From NCBI GenBank assembly GCA_965249575.1, contig OZ252244.1:3008001-3072000 (forward strand): a stretch of DNA of 64,000 nt. Direction: 5' to 3'. The first letter of the stretch is position 1; every line of letters begins with the position of its first letter. The DNA is from Gemmatimonadales bacterium. GTDB lineage: Bacteria > Gemmatimonadota > Gemmatimonadetes > Gemmatimonadales > GWC2-71-9. The translations under genes were made by a program, and so were the position numbers. A model generated the notes under the pieces. The model made no database searches. It had not been told where the DNA came from and was given only the letters and a program-made list of their open reading frames with translations. Positions 19,924 through 29,297 of this stretch are shown piece by piece.

Positions 19924-21951
19924 ATGACCGAAGCCGTGACTGCACGCGCGACGTCCATCGACGAGCTCTGCATCAACGCCATCCGTGTCCTGGCCATGGA
20001 TGCCGTCCAGCAGGCCAACTCGGGCCACCCGGGAACTCCCATGGCCCTGGCGCCCCTCAGTTACGTGCTGTGGACGCGGCACCTGCGGCACAATCCTGCC
20101 GATCCCCAGTGGGTGGGTCGGGACCGCTTCGTGCTGTCCTGCGGGCACGCCTCGATGCTGCTCTACAGCCTGCTCTACCTCACCGGATACGACCTCTCGC
20201 TCGACGAGATCAAGAATTTCCGGCAGTGGGAGAGCAAGACCCCTGGGCACCCGGAGTTCGGTCTCACACCCGGGGTCGAGACGACGACTGGGCCGCTGGG
20301 CCAGGGGGTCGGGAACGCGGTGGGCATGGCGGTTGCCGAGGCGCACCTCGCCGCGCGTTTCAACCGACCCGGATCTCCGATCATCGACCATCGGACGTAC
20401 TTCATAGCGAGTGACGGCGATCTCATGGAAGGGGTGTCCCACGAGGCGGCCTCGCTCGCGGGGCACGTGGGACTCGGTAAGCTCATCGGATTCTACGACG
20501 ACAACCGCATCACGATCGAGGGAAGTACGTCGCTCGCGTATGGCGACGATGCCCAGCAACGGTTCGAGGCCTATGGGTGGCACGTACAGCGCGTGGCCGA
20601 CGGCAACGACCTCGACGCGATCGACGAGGCGATTCGTACCGCGCAAGACGTGATGGACCGGCCTTCACTGATCTCTGTGCGTACCGACATCGCTTTTGGG
20701 AGCCCGAACAAGCAGGGCACGCACGAGGCGCACGGGGCGCCGCTGGGTAAGGACGAGATACGTCTCACCAAGGAGAACCTGAAGTGGCCGTCCCTCGAGC
20801 CGTTCGACCTCCCCGACGGGGCGGTGGCCGAATGGCGAAAATGTGAAGCCCGGGGGGCTGGGCTCCAGGAAGAGTGGACGTCGGCCTTCGACGCCTACAC
20901 GAAGGCCCATCCTGCCGACGTCGCGGAGCTGAAACGCAGGCTCCGGTCAGAGCTGCCGGGTGACTGGACTTCTGCGCTGCCGAGCTTCGGTCCCGATGAC
21001 GGGCCGATGGCCACGCGTTCGGCGTCCGGCAAGGTCCTGAACGCCATCGCGCCCAAGCTTCCGGAGCTGATCGGGGGGTCGGCCGACCTCGCGCCGTCGA
21101 CGAACACGCTCATGAAAGATGGGAGCGACTTCTCGGCGACGAACCACGGCGGGCGGAACATGCATTTCGGTATTCGCGAGCACGGGATGGGGGCGGTGCT
21201 CAACGGCATGGCGCTGCACGGAGGCGTGTTACCGTTCGGGGCAACGTTCCTCATTTTTTCGGATTACATGCGGCCGCCGATCCGTCTCGCCGCCCTGATG
21301 GAGCAGCATACGATCTACGTGTACACCCACGATTCCATTGGGCTCGGGGAGGACGGACCCACCCACCAGCCGGTCGAGATGCTCTCGGCCCTGCGGGCGA
21401 TTCCCAACCTGACGGTGATCCGTCCGGCCGATGCCGGCGAGACCGTCGAAGCGTGGCGGGCGGCGATCGAGCATCGGGGCGGACCGGTGGCGCTGGTGTT
21501 GACCCGCCAGAAGGTCCCGACCCTCGACCGGGGGGTCGTGTCACCCGCGAGCGGCCTGGCCAGGGGTGGTTACGTGCTCTCGGAAGCGGGGAACGGCAAG
21601 CCCGAGGTCATTCTCATGGCGAGCGGCTCGGAGATCTCGCTGGCGCTCGGCGCGCGGGAGGAGCTGGAGAAGCGGGGCACGGCGGCGCGCGTCGTGAGCA
21701 TGCCCTCTCACGAGTTATTCTTCGCCCAGCCACGAAGCTACCGGGATGATGTACTGCCGCCGCCGGTCCGGCGGCGCGTCGCGGTCGAAGCCGCGCACCC
21801 GATGTCCTGGCATCGCCTGGTGGGCGACGCCGGAGCCGTGGTGGGCGTCGAGGGGTTCGGGGCATCGGCCCCGTACCAGCGTATATATCAAGAGTTTGGG
21901 CTGTCGGTCGAGAATATCGTGAAGAGGGCGGAGGCCCTCGTCGGGACCTGA
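19924..21951 (+). CDS. tkt: Transketolase
   Basis: [34 protein letters not shown] and [15 protein letters not shown] motifs. Confidence 0.97.
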   Translation: MTEAVTARATSIDELCINAIRVLAMDAVQQANSGHPGTPMALAPLSYVLWTRHLRHNPADPQWVGRDRFVLSCGHASMLLYSLLYLTGYDLSLDEIKNFRQWESKTPGHPEFGLTPGVETTTGPLGQGVGNAVGMAVAEAHLAARFNRPGSPIIDHRTYFIASDGDLMEGVSHEAASLAGHVGLGKLIGFYDDNRITIEGSTSLAYGDDAQQRFEAYGWHVQRVADGNDLDAIDEAIRTAQDVMDRPSLISVRTDIAFGSPNKQGTHEAHGAPLGKDEIRLTKENLKWPSLEPFDLPDGAVAEWRKCEARGAGLQEEWTSAFDAYTKAHPADVAELKRRLRSELPGDWTSALPSFGPDDGPMATRSASGKVLNAIAPKLPELIGGSADLAPSTNTLMKDGSDFSATNHGGRNMHFGIREHGMGAVLNGMALHGGVLPFGATFLIFSDYMRPPIRLAALMEQHTIYVYTHDSIGLGEDGPTHQPVEMLSALRAIPNLTVIRPADAGETVEAWRAAIEHRGGPVALVLTRQKVPTLDRGVVSPASGLARGGYVLSEAGNGKPEVILMASGSEISLALGAREELEKRGTAARVVSMPSHELFFAQPRSYRDDVLPPPVRRRVAVEAAHPMSWHRLVGDAGAVVGVEGFGASAPYQRIYQEFGLSVENIVKRAEALVGT

Positions 21952-21968
21952 TAGGGAGGGGATGCGCA

Positions 21969-23096
21969 ATGCCTAAAGCGGTGGCTCAAACGAAAATGCA
22001 GGCGCTGCTCGAACTCGGACAGAGCGTGTGGCTCGACTACTTGAGGCGGGGCATGCTGCGGTCGGGAGAGCTCGCGGAACTCATCGACAACGGGTTGCGG
22101 GGCATGACCTCCAACCCGACGATCTTCGAGCAGGCGATTAGCAAGAGCGACGACTACGACGAGACCGTGGGCGCGCTCGCAGCGAGCGCCCGTACCGACC
22201 TCGAGGTGTTCGAGGCGATCGCCGTCGAGGACGTGCAGTCGGCGGCCGACTGCTTCCGCGACGTCTACGACAGCAGCAACGGCGGCGATGGGTTCGTCTC
22301 CCTCGAGGTTTCGCCCAAGCTCGCGCGGGACACGGACGGCACCGTAGCCGACGCCCGCCGGCTCTGGGCGGCCGTCGATCGCCCCAACGTCATGATCAAG
22401 GTTCCCGGCACCAAAGAGGGCTGGCCGGCCATCGAGGAGCTCCTGGGCGAAGGGATCAACGTCAACATCACCCTGCTCTTCTCCATCGACCACTACACGC
22501 AGGTGTCTGACGCATATCTTCGGGCGCTCGAGGCACGCCTCCAGCGCGGGGAGCCGATCGACCGGATCGCATCGGTCGCGTCGTTTTTCGTGAGCCGGGT
22601 GGATACGGAGACGGACAAGCGGATCGAGGCGCGCGGCGGCGCGCTCATCGGCCTCCGGGGCCGCGCGGCGATCGCGAACGCGCAGCTGGCGTATGTTCGG
22701 TTCCACGAGACCATGCGGAGTGAGCGCTGGCAGGCGCTGGCCGCCAACGGTGCCCAGCCGCAGCGACTGCTTTGGGCGAGCACGGGTACGAAGAACCCCG
22801 ACTACTCTGACGTTTTGTACGTCGACTCGCTCATCGCTCCCCAAACGGTGAACACGCTCCCGCCGCATACCCTCGAGCACTTCGAGGACCACGGAGTCGT
22901 CGAGAGAAGGCTGCACGACGACGATAAGGACGCCTCCGAGCTGGTCCGCGCACTTGCGGAGGGCGGTGTGGACATTCACGACGTAGCAGATACGCTGGAG
23001 GAAGAGGGCATCCGAAAGTTCGCCGATTCCTTCGATGCGCTGTTGGGAGTGATCGCGAGCAAGCGGAAAGAGCTGTCGAGCCTGACCTCGACCTAG
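21969..23096 (+). CDS. tal: Transaldolase
   Basis: GQSVWLDY, TSNPTIF, VSLEVSP, MIKVPGT, NITLLFS and LLWASTGTKNP motifs. Confidence 0.95.
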   Translation: MPKAVAQTKMQALLELGQSVWLDYLRRGMLRSGELAELIDNGLRGMTSNPTIFEQAISKSDDYDETVGALAASARTDLEVFEAIAVEDVQSAADCFRDVYDSSNGGDGFVSLEVSPKLARDTDGTVADARRLWAAVDRPNVMIKVPGTKEGWPAIEELLGEGINVNITLLFSIDHYTQVSDAYLRALEARLQRGEPIDRIASVASFFVSRVDTETDKRIEARGGALIGLRGRAAIANAQLAYVRFHETMRSERWQALAANGAQPQRLLWASTGTKNPDYSDVLYVDSLIAPQTVNTLPPHTLEHFEDHGVVERRLHDDDKDASELVRALAEGGVDIHDVADTLEEEGIRKFADSFDALLGVIASKRKELSSLTST

Positions 23097-23151
23097 GCTG
23101 CCGGCCTCCGGTCACAAGCCTCTTTCATCCCCCGGCCTCGATGGAGCTATC

Positions 23152-24711
23152 GTGAGCACGCGACTGTCGGTGGCCGTTCGGATCGCCGAGACCGGCGAGT
23201 TTCCTGCCGAAGATCTCAAGCGCGCCGACGCGTGCACGATGGTCATCGTGGGCGCCGGGGGAGATCTCACCCGGCGCAAGCTCCTGCCCGCCCTCTTCCG
23301 TCTCGAGCGCGCTGGGCTCCTTCCCCAGGAGTTCGCGGTGCTCGGCGTTGCGCGCGAGCCCTTCAGCGACGAGGCGTTCCGCGCGGCGATGCGCACGGCG
23401 GTCGAGCAAGCCGACGCTATGGACTTGCAGAAATGGAGTCGGTTCGAGCGGCGGCTGTACTATCTCACCGGCGATCTGGACGCCCCGGCCACGTACGAGG
23501 GGATCGCCCGGCGATTGGCGGAGGTCGAGTGCACCGCTCCGGACAGGGGCGGGCGGCTGTTCTACCTGGCCATTCCACCCAGCCTGTATCAGGGCGTTAT
23601 CGGGCGGATCTCGGAGAGCGGCGTGGCGCCGCGGGTCCACGAAGCGAAGACACGGCCGTGGGTCCGGGTCATCATCGAGAAACCGTTCGGGCGCAGCTTC
23701 GAGACCGGGCGGGCGCTGAACGCGATCGTGCGGCGGTCGTTCGCCGAACACCAGGTGTACCGCATCGATCATTACCTCGGCAAGGAGACGGTGCAGAACC
23801 TCCTGATGTTTCGCTTTGCCAACTCGTTCTTCGAGCCGGTATGGAACCGGCAGCACATACATCACGTCCAGATCACGGCCGCAGAGAGCGTGGGCGTCGA
23901 GCAGCGGGGACCCTATTACGAGGAAGCCGGCGTGGTCCGCGACATGTTCCAGAACCATTTGCTCCAACTGCTGGCCCTCACTGCGATGGAACCCCCGGTG
24001 ACGTTTAGTGCCGACGCCGTCCGGACGGAGAAGGTCAAGGTGCTGGAAGCCCTCCGGCCGATCACCCCAGCCGTGATGCACGATTATTCGGTCAGGGGCC
24101 AGTACGGGCCGGGAACGATCGCCGGGAGTTCTGTCGCGGGGTATCGCGAGGAGCCCGGGGTGGCGCCGGACTCGGGCACCGCGACGTATGCGGCGCTTCG
24201 GTTCATGGTCGACAACTGGCGCTGGGAGGGTGTGCCGTTCTACCTGCGCTCGGCAAAACGGATGCCCCGCCGCGCCTCGGAGATCGCGATACAGTTCCGA
24301 CGGCCGCCACATCTCATGTTTCCGCTGCCCCCGGGTCAGACCCTGGAGCCGAACGTTCTCGCCATCCGCGTGCAGCCCAACGAGGGCATCGCGCTCCGGT
24401 TCGAGGTCAAACTGCCCGGAATGGGCGCCAGAACGGCTTCGGTGGACATGGACTTCAACTACGCCGAGGCGTTCGGCGACCTGGGCCACCAGGCGTACGA
24501 CACCCTGATCCTCGACTGCATGCTCGGCGAGGCCACGCTGTTTACCCGAAACGACGAGGTCGACGCCGCCTGGGGCGTCGTCGACCCCATCATCGATTAC
24601 TGGGAAAACAAACGGCCGGATCATTTTCCCAACTATGCCGCAGGGCAGTGGGGTCCAGCCATTGCGGACGAGTTCATTGCGTCGATGGGATGTCGGTGGA
24701 GGCAGCCGTGA
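23152..24711 (+). CDS. zwf: Glucose-6-phosphate 1-dehydrogenase
   Basis: GAGGDLTRRKL, IEKPFG, YRIDHYLGKETVQN, RDMFQNH and RWEGVPFYLR motifs. Confidence 0.97.
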   Translation: MSTRLSVAVRIAETGEFPAEDLKRADACTMVIVGAGGDLTRRKLLPALFRLERAGLLPQEFAVLGVAREPFSDEAFRAAMRTAVEQADAMDLQKWSRFERRLYYLTGDLDAPATYEGIARRLAEVECTAPDRGGRLFYLAIPPSLYQGVIGRISESGVAPRVHEAKTRPWVRVIIEKPFGRSFETGRALNAIVRRSFAEHQVYRIDHYLGKETVQNLLMFRFANSFFEPVWNRQHIHHVQITAAESVGVEQRGPYYEEAGVVRDMFQNHLLQLLALTAMEPPVTFSADAVRTEKVKVLEALRPITPAVMHDYSVRGQYGPGTIAGSSVAGYREEPGVAPDSGTATYAALRFMVDNWRWEGVPFYLRSAKRMPRRASEIAIQFRRPPHLMFPLPPGQTLEPNVLAIRVQPNEGIALRFEVKLPGMGARTASVDMDFNYAEAFGDLGHQAYDTLILDCMLGEATLFTRNDEVDAAWGVVDPIIDYWENKRPDHFPNYAAGQWGPAIADEFIASMGCRWRQP

Positions 24712-24716
24712 CGGGA

Positions 24717-24862
24717 GGTGTCAGGGGTCAGGTTTCAGATGCCAGGCATGGCCCTCCGCTCCGACCTCAAGAGTTAGCAGTGAGCAGTGAGGAGGGTACC
24801 ACGCTCCCACGAGTGGAGGTGGTGGGCTTGGTTCCGGGCCACCTGACACCTGACACCTGACC
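24717..24862. repeat. Inverted heptamer-arm element (GTGTCAG-type)
   Basis: Left arm GTGTCAG-GGGTCAG-GTTTCAG-ATGCCAG; right arm (CTGACAC)n at 24842-24862; central GTGAGCA/GTGAGGA units. Confidence 0.7.
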
Positions 24863-24877
24863 GGGAGTCTCACAGGC

Positions 24878-25633
24878 GTGCGGAGACTACTCCCTGTCTT
24901 GATCGGCGCTGTCGTTGCGATTGGATGCACTCGTCTCGGCATCTGGCAGGTGAGCCGGCTGACGGAGCGACGGGCGCTGAACGCGGAGATCGAAGCTCGC
25001 CGATCGCTCCCGGCGGTACGCCTCACCGAGCGCTGGGTGCCGGACTCGCTCGTGTACCGCGGGGCGACGGTTGATGGGGTGTTCGACGAGTCGCGCGAAG
25101 TCGTTCTGGCTGCGAGAAGCCTGAACGCGACGCCGGGCGTGCACGTCGTGACGCCACTGCTCGTCGCCGACGGCAGCGCGGTGCTGGTGGAGCGCGGATG
25201 GACTTACTCGCCCGACGGTCGGGCGGTCGACCTCGAGGCCCTGTCCGAGGAGAGCACGACGCGGGTCGAAGGGGTGTTCCTGCCGCCGCCGACGACGGAT
25301 GCCGGCGTCACGCCACCCGGTGACTCCGCCTGGCCACGGTACGTGCTGGCCGTCGATGCCCGGTTCTTGCGCGCCGCGTATCCGTATCCCATCTATCCGC
25401 TGGTACTCCGCCGTACCACGCCGGCACGCGCCGAAGGGTTGCGCGCGGTTCCTCCGCTCGCGCTGAACTCCGGGCCGCATCTCTCCTACGCGATCCAATG
25501 GTTTGCCTTCGGAGCGATCGCGCTGGTGGGATCGATCATCCTCGCCGCCCGGACCCCGCCCCGGAGTGAGGAGTCCACCCCCACCCCCACCCCCACCCCC
25601 ACCCCGTACCCAACCCCACCGACTGAGGAGTGA
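24878..25633 (+). CDS. SURF1-family protein
   Basis: CTRLGIWQVSRL, GVHVVTPL, VLVERGW and HLSYAIQWFAF motifs. The last ~20 codons come from intergenic-type repeats. Confidence 0.88.
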   Translation: MRRLLPVLIGAVVAIGCTRLGIWQVSRLTERRALNAEIEARRSLPAVRLTERWVPDSLVYRGATVDGVFDESREVVLAARSLNATPGVHVVTPLLVADGSAVLVERGWTYSPDGRAVDLEALSEESTTRVEGVFLPPPTTDAGVTPPGDSAWPRYVLAVDARFLRAAYPYPIYPLVLRRTTPARAEGLRAVPPLALNSGPHLSYAIQWFAFGAIALVGSIILAARTPPRSEESTPTPTPTPTPYPTPPTEE

Positions 25634-25800
25634 GGAGTCCGCACCTGGCCCAGCTCGCACCGGTGAAGAGGCCCCACAGCTACCGCACCCCTACCGACTG
25701 AGGAGTGAGGAGGATCACTATCCCACTCCACCGCGTGTGTGTCGGTGGGGCGGGGGCGTAGCGCCTCCTTACTCCTCACTCGGCGGTGAAGGATTGGGTG
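25565..25800. repeat. REP-like cluster: (CCCCCA)n, two ACCGACTGAGGAGTGAGGAG copies and an inverted CCTCCTTACTCCTCACTCGG
   Basis: Direct copies at 25618-25637 and 25693-25712; inverted copy at 25764-25783. Confidence 0.85.
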
Positions 25801-25893
25801 TGGCCCGCCCCCTCCCTTGACTTGTCCCACCCCCGCCTCCACTCTCGCGTGATTCAGACGGTGATCGATCGCCAAGCTCGCACTGGGGGGGGC

Positions 25894-27210
25894 ATGTCCA
25901 GCCGCCGCGACTTTTTCCGCTCGATGTTTGGTGCCGCCGCCGTGACGCTGCCGGCCCTTCGAAACGACGGCGTCGAGCGCATTCTGTCCGCGACGTCCGG
26001 CGTCGCCGGGCGGTCCCCATATGACGTCGCGCGGGACGAGGACTTCTGGTTTCAGGTGCAGCAGGCCTTCACGGTGGACCGGAGTATCATCAACCTCAAC
26101 AACGGTGGGGTGTCGCCGAGTCCTAAGGTTGTGCAGGACGCCATGCGCCGGTACCTCGACTACTCGAACCAGGCGCCGGCGTACACGATGTGGGAGGTGC
26201 TCGAGCCGGAAGTCGAGAGCGTGCGCCGCCGGCTGGCCGAGACGTTTGGCTGCGATACGGAGGAGATGGCGATCACCCGGAATGCCAGTGAGGCGCTGGA
26301 GATCTGCCAACTGGGCATCGACCTAAAACCCGGGGACGAGATCCTGACCACCGATCAGGATTACGGTCGGATGCTCACGACCTGGGGCCAGCGGGAGCGG
26401 CGAGAGGGGATCACCATCAACACGATTTCCTTTCCCACGCCGCCGCCCAGCATGCAGTTCCTGGTGGACCGATTCGAGGAGGCGATCACGCCAAAGACCC
26501 GGGTCATTCACTTCTGCCACATCACCAACCTCACCGGCCAGATCTTTCCCGTGAAGCAGATTTGCCGTTTGGTTCGATCCCGGGGGATCGAGGCGATCGT
26601 CGACGGAGCGCACGCCTTCGCCCACTTCCCGTTCACCCGGGACGAGCTCGACTGCGACTACTACGGCACCTCGCTGCACAAGTGGCTGCTGGCCCCGCAC
26701 GGGACGGGATTCCTGTACGTCCGGAAATCGAAGATCGAGAAATTATGGCCGTTGATGGCTGCGCCCGAAGACATGGGCGGCGACATCCGGAAGTTCGAGG
26801 AGATTGGCACCCACCCAGCGGCGAACCACAACGCCATCGCCGAGGCGCTCACGTTTCATCACGGGATCGGCGCGAAGCGGAAAGCCGAGCGGCTCCGTTA
26901 TCTACGGGATCGCTGGATGAAACGGCTCGACGGGCAGCCGGGAGTGAAGATCAACACGAGCTACGACCCGGTGCAGTCCTGCGCGCTCGCCAACATCGGG
27001 CTCGAGGGAACCGAGCCCGCGGCAATAACGAAGCACATGTGGGAGAAGTGGCGGATCATGGTCACGCCGATCAACCACGAGACGTGCCCGGGCGTTCGCG
27101 TCACACCCAACGTCTACACGACGCTGAATGAGGTGGACTTCTTTACGGAGGCGATGGAGAAGGTCGTGCGAAAGGGATTGCCGGAGGGAAAAGAAGTGGA
27201 AGAGGTGTGA
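25894..27210 (+). CDS. Class-V aminotransferase-fold PLP enzyme (isopenicillin N epimerase-like) with a Tat signal
   Basis: MSSRRDFF twin-arginine signal; LNNGGVSPSP, VDGAHAF and GTSLHKWLLAPHGTG (PLP lysine). Confidence 0.9.
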   Translation: MSSRRDFFRSMFGAAAVTLPALRNDGVERILSATSGVAGRSPYDVARDEDFWFQVQQAFTVDRSIINLNNGGVSPSPKVVQDAMRRYLDYSNQAPAYTMWEVLEPEVESVRRRLAETFGCDTEEMAITRNASEALEICQLGIDLKPGDEILTTDQDYGRMLTTWGQRERREGITINTISFPTPPPSMQFLVDRFEEAITPKTRVIHFCHITNLTGQIFPVKQICRLVRSRGIEAIVDGAHAFAHFPFTRDELDCDYYGTSLHKWLLAPHGTGFLYVRKSKIEKLWPLMAAPEDMGGDIRKFEEIGTHPAANHNAIAEALTFHHGIGAKRKAERLRYLRDRWMKRLDGQPGVKINTSYDPVQSCALANIGLEGTEPAAITKHMWEKWRIMVTPINHETCPGVRVTPNVYTTLNEVDFFTEAMEKVVRKGLPEGKEVEEV

Positions 27211-27237
27211 GGTGGAGGGTGGGGCGGGCTCCCTACC

Positions 27238-27666
27238 TTACTTCCCCTCTGCCAACGCCATCAGCCCCTCCCGCCCCACGGCGCCGACGACGGTCTTCAC
27301 CATCTCTCCCTTCTCGAACCGTCCGAAATAGGGAATCGATCGAATGCCATAGCGCTGAGTCACGGTCGGGGACCGGTCGGTGTCGACCTTGGCGACGAGG
27401 AGCTCGCCGGTCCGCGCCTGCGCGATCTCGTCGAGGATGGGAGCCATGATCTTGCACGGGCCGCACCAGTCGGCGTAGAAGTCGACCAGTACGGGGACGT
27501 CGGAGCCCAGCACCGTGGTGTCGAAATGCTCGTCGGTCACCTTGATGGGACGGTCCAGCAGGAAGGGCGTTCCGCACTTCGCGCATTTGGGTCCCTGTCC
27601 CTGGCGAGACAGGTCTACCTTGTTGAGGGTGTCGCAGAATTGACACGCCAGCGTCGCGTTGGGCAC
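27238..27666 (-). CDS. trxC: Thioredoxin 2 with N-terminal zinc finger
   Basis: CQFC...CAKC zinc-binding motif plus the WCGPC active site. Confidence 0.92.
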   Translation of the reverse strand: MPNATLACQFCDTLNKVDLSRQGQGPKCAKCGTPFLLDRPIKVTDEHFDTTVLGSDVPVLVDFYADWCGPCKIMAPILDEIAQARTGELLVAKVDTDRSPTVTQRYGIRSIPYFGRFEKGEMVKTVVGAVGREGLMALAEGK

Positions 27667-27680
27667 GGATCCGGGCTCCC

Positions 27681-28436
27681 CTACTGCTCCAGCACCTCAA
27701 CCATGATGACTTGGATGGCCGGAATCGTGAACGTCGTCTGCGGCTGACTGTAGGTGGGGGCGCCGCTCCCCCGATCCAATGCGGCGTCGAAATCGTAGCT
27801 CCCGGTCATGGTACCGATGGCGACCTCACACCCTACGTCCACGGTGGCGCCCGCGGAGGTAGCACACATCGCCGGCGCATCGAAGGTGAGTTGATCGACG
27901 GTGAAAGCCCCGCTCGTTCCGACGTAGAACGACTGGGTCGCGCGCTCGTGGTAGACCGCCTGGCCCACGAATTCGCTCGTGGACTGTCCGATCTGACCGG
28001 TGCCGGTGCTGACCACGTTGGGCCCCACTCCCTCCAATCCAACCGTGAACGCTTCGGCTGCGGTCGCCGCCCCGACGTTGAGGCCGATCCAGCCCACGAC
28101 GCCGGTGTACCAGCCGATGTCCCGTCCGCCCTCGATCAGGTCGTCGGGGAAGGCCCACGCGATCTGGACGCCCACCGCGTCGAACCCGTTGAGTTGCTGA
28201 GTTTCGACGGTCTGGGCGAAGGCGAGGTTGCCGAAGCCACCCGCCCTCCCGGCCAGAATCCCGGCGTCAACGAGCGCCCTACCAATGGCTTCCTGCTCGG
28301 CCGTGAGTACCGGAGGGTTGTCCACGACGCCGTTGATCACGTCGTTGCCGCAACTCGAGGTGAGGAGGATGGCGCCAGCGGCGAGCAACGGGATCCTCCA
28401 TCCGTGTAGTACACCATTCCTGCCGAAAGTCGTCAT
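27681..28436 (-). CDS. Hypothetical lipoprotein (paralog A)
   Basis: Signal peptide with lipobox LTSSC; beta-rich; clearly homologous to the adjacent gene. Confidence 0.8.
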   Translation of the reverse strand: MTTFGRNGVLHGWRIPLLAAGAILLTSSCGNDVINGVVDNPPVLTAEQEAIGRALVDAGILAGRAGGFGNLAFAQTVETQQLNGFDAVGVQIAWAFPDDLIEGGRDIGWYTGVVGWIGLNVGAATAAEAFTVGLEGVGPNVVSTGTGQIGQSTSEFVGQAVYHERATQSFYVGTSGAFTVDQLTFDAPAMCATSAGATVDVGCEVAIGTMTGSYDFDAALDRGSGAPTYSQPQTTFTIPAIQVIMVEVLEQ

Positions 28437-28506
28437 AACCGCCTGGTTCCCGGGCTTAGCTGAGTGGTTCTGAGTGCCCCTTGATGAATCGTTCGATGAA
28501 TCCCTC

Positions 28507-29243
28507 TTACAGGTCCGTCACCTGGACGCGAATCGCCGGCAGGTCGAAAGCCGTCTGCGGCTGACTATATGTGGGCGGCCCGGTGCCGCCGCTCAACTCC
28601 GCGTCGAAATCGTAGCTACCGCCCATGGTCCCGACCGCGACGGTGCAGTCGATTACTATAGAGACCCCACCCTCTGTTGCGCAGGTTTCGGGGGGTCCGA
28701 ATGCGGCGTCGTCGATCGTGAAGGTCCCGGTCCTTCCGACATAAAACGCGTTGTTCGCCCGCTCGATGTAGAGGGCGATGGCGCCAAAACTCCCGGTGTG
28801 CTGCCCGACCTGGCCAGTACCGGTGGTCATGACGTTCAGCCCCTCGCCCTCGAGCCCGATCGTAAACGCCTCGTCCGCGGTCTCCGGCGCGATGTTGAGC
28901 CCGATCCAGCCGACGACACCCGTGAACCAGCCTATGTCAGTACCTTGGCCCCCCGACAGCTCCACGCCACCTGGATTGCGAACGACTCGAACCCGTTCAG
29001 CTGCTGCCGCTCGGCGACCTGGGCGGGCGCGAGAATATTGAACCCCCCGACCGCGCCGGACAGGATGCCCGCGTTGGCGAGCGCCTCGGCGATGGCCTGT
29101 TGCTCGGTTGTAAGGGCGGGCGGGCCCGTTGGGCCGGTGCCGCCTATGTCGCCGCCGCATCCGGATGCGAGTAGCATAGCGCCGGCGGCGAGAAGGAGTA
29201 CGCTGTCCCTCGCGGCGACGGCGCCACGTTTAGCCCCGTTCAT
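28507..29243 (-). CDS. Hypothetical lipoprotein (paralog B), frameshift at ~28950
   Basis: Lipobox LASGC. The N-terminal frame (LTTEQQAIAEALANAGIL) and C-terminal frame (DIGWFTGVVGWIGLN...GSYDFDAEL...PTYSQPQT) together align with paralog A. Confidence 0.78.
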
Positions 29244-29297
29244 CACTGCCTGTGTCCAAAGCCTTTCAGTGAGCCAATCTAGGGGGTTCCGGTCGGA

